The notes under the pieces are model-generated. The model was given only the letters and a program-made list of their open reading frames with translations, made no database searches and was not told the DNA's origin. From Octopus bimaculoides (Eukaryota): a stretch of 64,000 nucleotides of DNA. The DNA lies in contig NC_069008.1 of the NCBI RefSeq assembly GCF_001194135.2, positions 8,937,919-9,001,918 on the forward strand. The letters run 5' to 3'. Both the position numbers and the translations under genes were made by a program. The stretch's first letter is position 1. Each line of letters begins with the position of its first letter. Positions 11,329-23,727 of the stretch are shown here, one piece after another.

Positions 11329-13522
11329 GGTTAATGTTTAGAAGTACACTGGCACAAAGAAAATCGTCTTTTTTTTTAAAATTTTTTCAGCAGATTTCTA
11401 TGTTTTCAAAATTTTTAATTCCCCCCCTCTTGACCCCAAATTTTTAAAATTTTAACTTTTTTTCAATTTTTTTTCAATCTACATGGAAAAATATGGAGAT
11501 TAAGAAAATGGAAAAAGGAAAATAATTAATTTCAAATTTACTATGAGGAAACTCCAAAATTCATATAAAAACCCCTCACCATCTCATCCTGTTATCTAAA
11601 AGTGAAAATGANNNNNNNNNNNNNNNNNNNNNNNNNNNNNNNNNNNNNNNNNNNNNNNNNNNNNNNNNNNNNNNNNNNNNNNNNNNNNNNNNNNNNNNNN
11701 NNNNNNNNNNNNNNNNNNNNNNNNNNNNNNNNNNNNNNNNNNNNNNNNNNNNNNNNNNNNNNNNNNNNNNNNNNNNNNNNNNNNNNNNNNNNNNNNNNNN
11801 NNNNNNNNNNNNNNNNNNNNNNNNNNNNNNNNNNNNNNNNNNNNNNNNNNNNNNNNNNNNNNNNNNNNNNNNNNNNNNNNNNNNNNNNNNNNNNNNNNNN
11901 NNNNNNNNNNNNNNNNNNNNNNNNNNNNNNNNNNNNNNNNNNNNNNNNNNNNNNNNNNNNNNNNNNNNNNNNNNNNNNNNNNNNNNNNNNNNNNNNNNNN
12001 NNNNNNNNNNNNNNNNNNNNNNNNNNNNNNNNNNNNNNNNNNNNNNNNNNNNNNNNNNNNNNNNNNNNNNNNNNNNNNNNNNNNNNNNNNNNNNNNNNNN
12101 NNNNNNTGTCATTAAAAAATATCCATTTTTCTGAAAGTTATGATCATCCAAAGTTAGGGGGAGGAAAGAAATCTGTAGTTATGCTCAGTAATATACCAAA
12201 ATTTCATGAAACATTTGATATTTGATGGGGGTCTTTTTATGTGGGTCAGTGATTCACTCAATTTTTTTTTTTATTCAAATAACAACATCCATACTCAGAC
12301 TAGAAGGGCAATGGATGTTCATCAAAAAGAAAGGTGACATTGTGGAGTTGCTCCTTGTTTCAGTCACTTGACTGCAGCCATGCTGGAGCACCACCTTGAA
12401 GGGCTTTAGTCTAATGAAATGACTCCTTATTTTTGAAGCCTAGTACTTATTCTATTGTTTTTTTGTTTTGCCGAACCACTAAGTTATGAGGATGTAAACA
12501 CTGCAACATTAGTCAAATAAAGGGTTGGGTTCAAAATTCCACCAGAACACATGATGAAGGCTGGAGAGTACATCAGCTGAAACGTTGTGATAACATACAC
12601 GATGAGGACACCTATCTCTCCACTATAAATAATGTACAGCAACAGTGGTTATAAGCGGTGACGGCGTGTCACACAAAGACATACACATTGATACATACAT
12701 ATATAGGCCGACTTCGGAGTTAGGAAGCACCAACAAGTTGGAATTTCTCTATTTTGATGGAGATTTTTCAGATTTCTTTTCACGGTGCCCTTGGAAATGA
12801 TCTGGCATATCTAATTTACAAAACACTTATCTTCCCTTCTCTGGAGCAATTGTGGTCAATGTTGTGGGCACCATGCACTTAAAATCCAGGCATAACTACA
12901 GATTTCTGCCCCACAGACTTTGGATGATCATAACTTTCAGGAAAATGGATATTTTTTTTTATGAAATTTTCTATGAATATGTTATATCATGTAGATTCCG
13001 AATATACAAACTTTGGGGTGGGGGGGATGAACTTTTTATTCTTTCTGAAAGAAGAACACAAACATATAATTGAATATCGTGTTTGCTTCTATCAGGACTG
13101 TTTACCTTTAAAGCGAAAAAGCAAAACTGACGTATGCGACAGGTATGTAAAACATATTTCAGTGTATTTTCTCTGTTCCTTCGCACACACAAACACACAA
13201 GCCATTCATTTTCACTTTTAGACAGTGGGATGGGGTGGATGTATGAATCAATTTTGGAGTTTCCTCAGAAAATTTGAAATTAATTATTTTCTTTTTTCCA
13301 TATTCTTAATCTCCATATTTTTCTATGTATATTGGAAAAAGAAAATTCAAAAAAAGTTAAAATTTAAAAATTTGGGGTGGGTAGGAGGGAATCAAAAATT
13401 TTGAAAATATGGTCTTTTGGCATATTCAGAATCTCCTTCATCGAAAACATAGGAATCTGCTGAAAAAATGTCACAAAAAAAAAGTCGCTTCTTTTCATGG
13501 CAGTGTGCTTGTAAACATTAAC
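11329..13522. mobile_element. Long foldback DNA element with degenerate multi-segment inverted arms
   Basis: 11329-11611 is an imperfect reverse complement of 13207-13522, and 12114-12185 of 12888-12960. Ends are GGTTAATGTTTA/TAAACATTAACC. The left arm is interrupted by an N-gap. Confidence 0.7.
12548..12589 (+). pseudogene. Minimal hammerhead-like remnant
   Basis: CAC ATGATGA A GGCTG gagagtacat CAGCT GAAAC GTT GTG. Stem I is CAC/GTG, stem II is 5 bp and stem III is the palindrome ACGT; C3 is replaced by A. Confidence 0.45.
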
Positions 13523-14644
13523 CAGACTTCATAAACGTCCTTTTGTTAATTATTCATTTCCATACTAAAAAAAATAATGCTTAAGATAAAATTAAAATTA
13601 CTTCGTTTTTCAGAGGAAAAATCTCATCGTAATGTTTACATGCATTTATACTTGCAGAAGAACAGAAGGGACATAATTTCACAAAAGTAATTTACAAAGT
13701 ATGTTTTTAATATGGTGTACAATAAATATTTATGCTAGAATAACTTTTATCTATATTAATTTTTAAATAAATAAAAATTTGTTAATTTTCAAGGGAAATA
13801 ATTCACTTTAAATCAATATGTTTATAATATAATGCATTCATAATTACAAATGGAATAATGTAATACTAGAAATATATATTTAGAATAGGGTCTACTTTAA
13901 AATTTAATTAAAATTAATATAATTAAGATCATTCAATATAAAATGACATAACTTAAAAACTTCCTAAGGACTACATTATCATTATCATAATTACTCTTTT
14001 CCTATATTAAAATTACTTAGTTTAATCATAATGTTTATAATATACACATATATAAAATACCTATAGACATACACACATACATACATGCATACATAGATAC
14101 ATATAAACAGGTATATACACGTAGACACATACATAGATACATACATGTATGTATGTATACACACACACACACACACGGCAATACATAATGCATATCAGTA
14201 TTCATTTACCCAAATATATAAGAAAACTTTATTGATAATTAGCAAAAATGAATTAACAGTTACATATATACAGATATCAATATATATACATATATATACT
14301 TATATACCTGCATATATATTCTTATAAATACTATATAAATAAACACATCTATAAAAAGTAAAATAAATAAAAATTAATTTATAATTATAATTTTTACAAA
14401 TTTAAAACCTGCTAACTATTCAAAATAATTATAACTAATATAGAATTATATTATAATATAATGGAATATAACGTTATAAGATAATTTATTCACAATATAC
14501 TTTCGATTAATAGATCTTTAGTATTATATTACTTAATAAAGTATTCATAATAAATAAATGATTCTAATCAATTTACTAATTGATAAGAATAATACATATA
14601 CGGTTGCAGTCAAATGACCAAAACAAATAAAAGAATACACTCAT

Positions 14645-14722
<78 letters not shown>

Positions 14723-14802
14723 TCATATACATATACATACTCACATACATATATATACATACATATACATACACTCATATGCATACATCTATATATGTAT
14801 AC

Positions 14803-14835
<33 letters not shown>

Positions 14836-14844
<9 letters not shown>

Positions 14845-15105
14845 AATCATAAATATATAGGGATTGACAGTAACCTGCTTCTCCAACATACTGAGAATTC
14901 AGAAATAGCAGTCAAAGAACTACTGATTTCAAAACTACAAATTATTACTCCATCGCTATCAATCTGGAGTAATAATTTGTAGTTTTGAAATCAGTAGTTC
15001 TTTGACTGCTATTTNNNNNNNNNNNNNNNNNNNNNNNNNNNNNNNNNNNNNNNNNNNNNNNNGCAGGTTACTGTCAATCCCTATATATTTATGATTATAA
15101 ATTAT
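14836..15105. repeat. Near-perfect palindrome (~117-bp arms, 12-nt loop) containing a 48-N gap
   Basis: 14903-14952 is the exact reverse complement of 14965-15014, and 14836-14878 of 15063-15105. The loop is TCGCTATCAATC. Confidence 0.85.
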
Positions 15106-16667
15106 TATTTACCGAAGAAGGTTTTTTTCATACTGAGCTACCCGGCAGAAATTGTTAATTATTAATTTTATTACTAATTGATGATTCCCTGCCCTGCATT
15201 TCTATATATATATATATATATATTACGCTTTACTCTTTTACTTGTTTCAGTCATTTGACTGCGGCCATGCTGGAGCACCACCTTTAGTCAAGCAAATCAA
15301 CCCCAGGACTTATTCTTTGTAAGCCTAGTACTTATTCTATTGGCCTCTTTTGCTGAACTGCTAAGTTACGGGGACATAAACACACCAGCATCGGTTGTCA
15401 AGCAATGTTGGGAGGACAAACACCGACACACAAACACATACACACAGATATATATTCAAATATACGACAGGCTTCTTTCAGTTTCCATCTACCAAATCCA
15501 CTCACAAGTCTTTGGTTGGCCCACGGCTATAGTAGAAGACACTTGCCCAAGATGCCATGCAGTGGGACTGAACCTAGAACCATGTTGTTGGTAAGCAAGC
15601 TACTTACCACACAGCCACTCCAGCGCCTAAATAAATGATTCTAATCAATTCACTAATTAATAAGAATAATACATATACGGCCACAGTCAAGTAACCAAAA
15701 CAAATAAAAGAATACACTCATATATATGTATACACATATACACACATACATATATATATACATAGACACATACATGCATACATCTACATATATACATTCT
15801 AAATATTATATAACATTTAATTATCTAAAATAGTTTATTCTTTAATATCCAATAATCCTCCAAATAATCAATTCAATTTAATTATATTTTCTAAACACAT
15901 ATTTTGAAGAGTGTTTACAAGATAAAACATATTCTTGTCTGTCACTAAGAAGTTTCTTTTTTTATGTTAAAATTTGATATACTTCCTCTACACATGAGTT
16001 ACATCTGTTATCAGCAATTTTATAAAATCTAGCATGACTAACTGTTTGCCATTTAAGGTTGTGTAATTTATTATTATCCTTAAACTTCCTTATAAATTTA
16101 CTTAAACTGGTGCTACACAACTTATTTCTGTTTCTAAAAGTATATCCATGGTTTGCAATACGTCATTTAATCAAATCTTTGGTTGACCCAATATAAAAAT
16201 AGCTATTTCCTTCAGATTCTACCCTACATCTGTATATACAGTTATTTTGAATCCAAAAATTATTGAAATAACATTTATCCTTAAACCTACAATCACAAGC
16301 TCTAGCTACACAATTTCCATTAGGTCCATTATTAGTGTTAGTTATTAAAGTATTATTATTTCTATTACTATAAAAGATATCGAATTTATTGTTATTAATC
16401 AAAGAGATAATTCTAAATAAGCTTTTAGATAGTGAAAAACCAATTCTGACCATTTTATTATTTATTTTATTATGCTTATTTTCTTTATTGAAATATTTAG
16501 ATTTAGATCTGTAAAAAGATTTTACCAAATTAGTTTTTGTTTTGTAAAAGGAATATATCATGTTTTTTATCAAAGTCATTATCGTGCGATTTATCAAAAT
16601 TAACATATGGGATATATTTTCTACTCTTAAATTTAAATGATTATTATTCCTATTTTTATTGTTGTTG

Positions 16668-16698
<31 letters not shown>

Positions 16699-16993
16699 AA
16701 TTATACCTACTTAAGATATCCCTATTATTGGTATTAATTTCAGACTATAGATTTACACTACATTTTCCTCTACTCTTAATTTGTATATTATTAGTGGTCA
16801 ATTTATTAATTACAGTATCATCCTTATTTTCATGAGATTTACTAAGTTTAAGCTTAATACTCACACCACTTACATTATATTTACCCAATCTGTTGTGTAT
16901 CGATTTAGTATTATTAAACTTTTACTGTCTTTATCCTTTTTACAATATACAATCTTATGTATATATCCCACTTTATTAGGGTCTACATTATAG

Positions 16994-17220
16994 TACTCTT
17001 TTACTCTTTAACTCTTTTACTTGTTTCAGTCATTTGACTGTGGCCATGCTGGAGCACCGCCTTTAGTCGAGCAAATCGACCCCAGGACTTATTCTTTGTA
17101 AGCCTAGTACTTATTCTATTGGTCTCTTTTTGCCGAACCGCTAAGTTACGGGGACGTAATCACACCAGCATCAGCTGTCAAGCGATGATGGGGGGGACAA
17201 ACACAGACACACAGACACAC

Positions 17221-17266
<46 letters not shown>

Positions 17267-17428
17267 GACGGGCTTCTTTCAGTTTCCGTCTACCAAATTC
17301 ACTCACAAGGTTTTGGTCGACCCGAGGCTATAGTAGAAGACACTTGCCCAAGGTGCCATGCAGTGGGACTGAACCCGGAACCATGTAGTTGGTAAGCAAG
17401 CTACTTACCACACAGCCACTCCTGTGCC
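16994..17428 (-). mobile_element. Young copy of the dominant microsatellite-containing tRNA-derived SINE
   Basis: Head with B-box-like GTTCCGGGTTCAGTCCC, conserved body, internal (TA/CA)n and an (AAAAGAGT)n tail. It interrupts the Penelope-like ORF. Confidence 0.85.
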
Positions 17429-17792
17429 TATGTATTCAGTATTACTATTGAAAATTTCCTCATTAGAAGATAAAAATGAAATTTGTCTCAAAATATTTTT
17501 ACCAAAGTACATTTAATTGCTTTAGGATGATTACTATTAAAATTAATATACTTCAAGTTAGCATTAGGTTTATGATATGGTCTATATTGGCCTGTAACAC
17601 GATTCAGATTAACACCTAAATAATTAACAGAATCATGTTCATTTTCAATAGAAATAGATAAACCAAATCTTTTAATAAATCCATGAAGTCTTTTCATATA
17701 CAGATCTAATTTCCTATTGGATAGGATATTAGTTAAAAACATCACGTCATCCCTATATAATCCATCTTTAAGTTCTGGAAATTTACTACCTA

Positions 17793-18183
17793 GGCATACG
17801 AGTGGCTGTGTGGTAAGCAGCTTGCTTACCAACAACATAGTTCCGGGTTCAGTCCCACTGCGTAGCACCTTGGGCAAGTGTCTTCTACTCTAGCCTCGGG
17901 CCAAACAAAGCCTTGTGAGTGGATTTGGTAGACGGAAACTGAAAGAAGCCTGTCGTATATATGTGTGCGTGTATATGTTTGTGTGTCTGTGTTTGTCCCC
18001 CCAACATCCCTTGATAACCGATGCTGGTGTGTTTACGTCCCCGTAACTTAGCAGTTCAGCAAAAGAGACCGATAGAATAAGTACTAGGCTTACAAAGAAT
18101 AAGTCCTGGGGTTGATTTGCTCGACTAAAGGTGCTGCTCTAGCATGGCCACTGTCAAATGACTGAAATAAGTAAAAGAGTAAA
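17793..18183 (+). mobile_element. Young copy of the same SINE in the opposite orientation
   Basis: Same head, body and tail. It splits the Penelope-like RT between ADLV and GSKFPELKDGLYRDD. Many more copies occur, approximately at 5620-5930, 15225-15622, 20714-20992, 23311-23680, 36661-37045, 39290-39770, 42232-42590, 44598-45010, 53015-53400, 57341-57700 and 58651-58830. Confidence 0.85.
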
Positions 18184-19759
18184 TAAGACAGACTGTATAT
18201 CCGTACAAGATCAGCAACCTGGGCAGAATCAGCTAATCCCATAGTAAAAGCAAAACCATCATAAGTATTTTTTCTAACCCTGTATTTATTATCAAATAAA
18301 ATTACTGATTTTCTAGCTTCTAAAATTATTAAAAATTTTTTTAAAGTAAGATTAGATCTATTTTTAGCAAACAAAAGAGTCTGATTAAGAATTATGGGAT
18401 TTATAGATGAATAATAATTATCAATATCTATTTGTATAAATTTACTTTTATTCTCATTATTTATTCCAACAAACCAATTAATAGCATCCTGCGTATTTGA
18501 CCATAGTTCAAGTTTCAATTTTCTTCTACATGCCAATAAATATTTATTTAAAATACTTTTACTTAATTTACTTGGGTCAGACTGGCCCAAGCAAATTAAT
18601 CTAACTTTGGGGTTAGAATAGAAGTTATCCTTATGGTCTTTTAAAGTTATTCTAGGCCTCATAGACACAAATGGCTCTGTCCTGTCAATCAAGATCATAA
18701 TCTTTTTAGCTTCTAAGCTAATAGACCATAAAATATTTTTACTGACTACCTTATAGTTACTAGTTATTTCATGTTTAATTAGATCATGTTATTTTGATAG
18801 ACCAATATCATACGAGTTACCAGTTTTATCTGATTAGACAATAATTCCATTTTTTTTGTTTACAGTCAGATACTAAAGTTTTCAGATTCGTTAAATGTTC
18901 ATTCCCCCGAAAGGGATACTTAATAAATTTAACATTTCTCACTATAGACCATAAATCATCCTTCAACGCCACCAAATGGCAGTTTGGTTGTGGAAATTTT
19001 GGTTTAAAATTTTTTTTTAAGAAGTTCAACATCTTCATTTTGAGAATCAATTCCTTGTTCAAATTCTTTATCATAATAAAATGCCTTCCAACAAATTCTT
19101 TGTATAAATTCAGTAGTCTTGGTAATTAAATTTTTCATATAATCCTTCCTAGGTGGTACAGGGATGTCTTTTAATGGAATGTCAATTGGTAACTTCTCCA
19201 TTTTACAAGCGAAAAACTGTTTTGATATTATCACACAAGTAATATTTCAAATTAAATCCAGTACAAGCAAAATAGGGATGAAAACATCCAGTCTTTCACT
19301 GGCTCCACTGTTTAATACCTAATTTAGTAGAGAAAAAAATTATATATATTTGACTGAAATTTATTCACATCCAAAAAGTTTTCTACAGCATATATGTGAC
19401 AATGACCAACATATGTTTCTACTGCATCAACTACTCATTGCACATATATACAGGGTGTGATGGGTAAATAGTCGCCATTTTATAGTTTTAATTTCACGCA
19501 TGCACATTATTTGTTTTTGATTTTGTCAATTGCACAATATAGTAGGGTCAGTTGGGCACTGTCTGTGAGAAAAACAGCACCATGACGCAAGTCACCCAGC
19601 CAGAAATTTGGAAATGACATGCTGTACTACTTGGCATTCACGCCGGAAGCTCAATACAAACATTTCAGAGTGTTTGGGTGTCAATCTGAGGACATGTACC
19701 AGGAGTGATAAAAATCAAGCATCAAGTCAACATCATGAGAACCCTCAGAACAAGAGACC

Positions 19760-20290
19760 ATGAAACTGTACAAGTTCCATGGAGGGTTTTGAACTCAGCC
19801 ATCTGGACTACTGCTCTCAAATTAATAGTAGAACTTAAAGCAGTTCAGCAGTGCTACACCAGGAAGATTGCATCAGTGGAACAACTGAGTAATCTGGGAG
19901 AGTCTGAAAGAGCTACAACTCTACTTCCAGGAGCAACATTGGGAGATGTATGCTGTGACATACATATGGAAGATCCTGAAGGGCTTGGCACCAAACTTTA
20001 GCATCAAGAGCTCAACTAAACTCCAAACTGGATGTCACTGCACTGTTCCAAAGGTCCCAGCTATCCCATCTAGGGTAAAGACCATATACTGCAGTAGCTT
20101 GGAATTCAAGGGCCCACAGATACTTAATGCCTTGCCAAAACATCTGAGGGATCTTCATGGAGTAGGGGTAGATGTTTTCAAGAAACCACTTGATTTCCTG
20201 CTGTCCAAGGTCCCAGATGAACCTATATCATGGCAAGAAGCTCTAAAAGGGCAGTTGTATCGAATCCCGTCCTTCACCAAAAGCCAATTG
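19760..20290 (+). mobile_element. CR1-like LINE 3' fragment
   Basis: Frameshifted ELKAVQQCYTRKI...YAVTYIWKILKGLAPNF...KGPQILNALPKHLRDLHG...VFKKPLDFLLSKVPDEP. Confidence 0.7.
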
Positions 20291-20768
20291 CATAAGAATG
20301 GCCACTAACAAAGTGAGTAAACAAATGGTGCTCCAGCATGGCCACGGAGTTGCAGCTAAAACACATCAAAGAGTATATATATATATATATATATATNNNN
20401 NNNNNNNNNNNNNNNNNNNNNNNNNNNNNNNNNNNNNNNNNNNNNNNNNNNNNNNNNNNNNNNNNNNNNNNNNNNNNNNNNNNNNNNNNNNNNNNNNNNN
20501 NNNNNNNNNNNNNNNNNNNNNNNNNNNNNNNNNNNNNNNNNNNNNNNNNNNNNNNNNNNNNNNNNNNNNNNNNNNNNNNNNNNNNNNNNNNNNNNNNNNN
20601 NNNNNNNNNNNNNNNNNNNNNNNNNNNNNNNNNNNNNNNNNNNNNNNNNNNNNNNNNNNNNNNNNNNNNNNNNNNNNNNNNNNNNNNNNNNNNNNNNNNN
20701 NNNNNNNNNNNNNGACCAAAGCCTTGTGAGTGGATTTGGTAGATGGAAACTGAAAGAAGCCCGTCGTA

Positions 20769-20813
<45 letters not shown>

Positions 20814-20990
20814 TTGTGTGTCTGTGTTTGTCCTCCTAGCATTTATGTCCCCGTAACCTAGTGGTTCGGCAAAAAGAGACCGATAGAATAAGTACTAGGC
20901 TTACAAAGAATAAGTCCCGGAGTCGATTTGCTCGACTAAAGGCGGTGCTCCAGCATGGCCGCAGTCAAATGACTGAAACAAGTAAAAGAG

Positions 20991-21022
<32 letters not shown>

Positions 21023-21696
21023 CATACATAGAGAGATGTGCAGTGCACACATATATTTAAGTATAGAGAAATATAAAGTGTGGCAGTATAGATTTAAAGA
21101 CAAATGTTTGTATGTGTGTAGAGAAAAATGTAAGTTATATTTGAATGAATTAAAGAATGTAAGATGTTTATGTATATGACTTTAGGGCCATGTAAGTGTA
21201 AATATATGAAGAAATGTAAGGAATGTATATAGGGATGGAATGTGTAGAAGGATGCATATGGGTGAAGGGACAGGTACATAAAGTGTAAGCATAGTTAATT
21301 GTAAGGTGTGTACATGTGGAGATCTTTTATCTTTTGCTTTTGGAGCACCGCCTTGAATGGTTTTAGTTGAACGAATTGACCCAAGTACTTTTAAGACTGG
21401 TACGTATTCTATCGGTCTCTTTTGCTGAACTTCTAAGTTATGGAGACACAGACCAACCAACACTGGTTGTCAAGTGGTGTTGGTGGGGACAAACACACAG
21501 ATATATACAAACCAACATATATATGTGCATATATGTATATATGCGTGTGTGTGTGTGTGGGGGGGGGGGGGGGGTTGAAGATTTTAGAGTGTAAGTTCAA
21601 ATCATTTGAGCATGACTAGACATTTTCTATACTAAGCATCTCTGGATCTAATCTGTTGTCTCTATATATAAGTATATGTGTGTATTTATATATATA

Positions 21697-21736
<40 letters not shown>

Positions 21737-21737
<1 letters not shown>

Positions 21738-22659
21738 CTACTACATATGTGGAAATCTGTGGGTGTGTTTGTTTGTGGCGTTGTTATCTAACTCCTCCTA
21801 CATCGTTTTATCAATTTTGATGAAACTTGACACGTGAGTAGAACTCATGTCTGGAAAACTAGTGACATACTTAGATTGTTGAAAAAATTGATTATAGGGC
21901 CCCTGGAAGTGATTCTTATATCTACTACATATAACTAATATATTATTTTTAAACATCCAAGGGAAATAACCCATTAGCTCCTGAAAGGGATCCTTATATA
22001 TAGCCATGGGTAATAACCCATTCATGTTCATAAATTATTTCATATAAATCAAATTGAGTATGCTTATTTCTTAGTATTTGAACTGTATGAGTTATTTTCG
22101 CACTTTATCCAGTACAACGCTTAAACAAGTAAATAATATTTTCCTAAACAATAGATCCACTTATTTTGGTTAGTGACTTATTCATGAATACACCAACACT
22201 AGCACTGCTGAGGGTAATATTCCCTGCGAACGCAATAAAGCTTTTTTCAGAGCTATTTCCTTTGAATTGTTATTATCTCATATCTGAATAGCCTGTTATT
22301 ACATAACATGTTTCACGATTTTAGTATACATACCTTTGTGGTATTTCCTCCTATGTTCTATGTACTCTGGGAACGTATTAAAGCCCTTTTTGGGGCTACT
22401 TTATTTCAATTGTTACTATCGGGTAATTAATTTCATGTTATTACATAACTGTCTTCACAATTTGGGTATTCATAACTTATTGGGAATTCCTACAAACAAG
22501 GTCCTGTGTAAGACAGTTCAGTATTCTCAATAAATGCACAAAAAACGTTTTAAGGGCTACATACTTTGTATTGTTGTTATTGGATTAGCGAAACAATTAT
22601 GAGAACGGAACCAAGGGATAAGCCCCACTTTCCTGGGAATTACTGGGTACGTCAGCTAG
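21737..22659 (+). mobile_element. Non-autonomous Helitron-like element
   Basis: Inserted between A and T, with a 5' TC and a 3' CTAG. The 3' end is preceded by a decayed GC hairpin (CCTGGGAATTACTGGGTAC), and an internal TTTTGATGAAACTT motif is present. Confidence 0.55.
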
Positions 22660-22706
22660 TATATAAATATTTAGATAGACAGAAAGATATATATATGGAT
22701 ACATTC

Positions 22707-23291
22707 AGATCTTTTTTAAAACGGGGGCCACATTTTTCATTAACGAAACACTTTGAAACTTGGAACACTGGTAGAATGTGTCATATAAAACATCTTTTTC
22801 TCTTAGTCTTCTTAAAAAAAAAAAGAAATCCATAAATTATTCCATGTTAAAGTTGTCGTATTTCTGTAATTTCAACCAATCACTGACGTCCATTCAGCCG
22901 ATATACATTAAGTGCCGACTACATAAACAAACGATTCTGAAACAATTAGCCCTAACCCTAACCATAACCTTAGGGTTAGAGTTAGGGTTAGGGTTAGGGT
23001 TAGGCTTAGGGTTAGGGTTAAAGCAAATTTAAAATGAAAAAAGCAAATAAAACGAAGAATCGTTTGTTTATGTAGTCGGCACTTAATGTATATTGGCTGA
23101 GTGGACGTCAGTGATTGGTTGAAATTATCGAAATAAGACAATTTTTTACATGAAATAAATTTGAATACAAAAATATTTTTCTGTTCTATAACACAAAATA
23201 GATAAGTATACGAAGTTTGAAAGTCTTTCGGTACCAAAAACACTACGTAAAACATTAATGAAAAATGTGGCCCCCGTTTTAAAAAAGATCC
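22707..23291. mobile_element. Foldback/MITE with 36-bp TIRs, ~70-bp internal inverted repeats and a central telomere-repeat tract
   Basis: TIRs at 22708-22743 and 23255-23290 are perfect. 8-bp TSD ATACATTC at 22699-22706 and 23292-23299. Inner IRs at 22868-22938 and 23056-23126. CCCTAA-type then TTAGGG-type repeats at 22950-23020. Confidence 0.88.
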
Positions 23292-23680
23292 ATACATTCT
23301 TTTATTCTTTTCCTTGTTTTAGTTATTTGACTGCAGCCATGCTGGAGCACCACCTTTAGTCGAAGAAACTGACCCCAGGACTTATTCTTTGTAAACCTAG
23401 TACTTATTCTACCTATCTCTTTTGCCAAACCGCTAAGCTACGGGGACATAAGCTCACCAACATCGGTTGCCAAGCAATGGTGGGGGAACAAACACACACA
23501 CACACACACATATACTACAGGCTTCTTTCAGTTTCCGTCTACCAAATCCACTCACAATGCTTTGGTCAACCCAAGGCTATAGTAGAAGACACTTGCCCAA
23601 GGTGCTATGCTATGGGACTGAACCCAGAACTATGTGGATGGGAAGCAAGCTTCTTACCACACAGCCATGCCTGCACCTAC

Positions 23681-23716
<36 letters not shown>

Positions 23717-23727
23717 TCACACACACA

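Larger units (their letters stand above)
15878..19234 (-). mobile_element. Near-full-length decayed Penelope-like retroelement (RT + GIY-YIG endonuclease), interrupted by two SINEs
   Basis: Collinear ORF pieces: IPLKDIPVPP...WKAFYY; ITLKDHKDNF..NPKVRLI; FIQIDIDNYYSSI; MGLADSAQVADLV; GLYRDD; YHKPN..YINFNSNHP; CDCRFK..C..IYRCRV..YIGST; K*RIANH..TSLSKFI..KW..CNSCVEE; LLSDRQEYVLSCKH. These are typical PLE motifs. Confidence 0.9.

Noticed and set aside
19400-19445. Hammerhead upstream of the Penelope ORF (GAAACATATGTT on the minus strand)
   Set aside because: I could not build a convincing CUGANGA core or stem II.
22950-23020. Chromosome end-to-end fusion scar
   Set aside because: The order is CCCTAA then TTAGGG, the reverse of a fusion junction, and the tract sits inside a TSD-flanked element.
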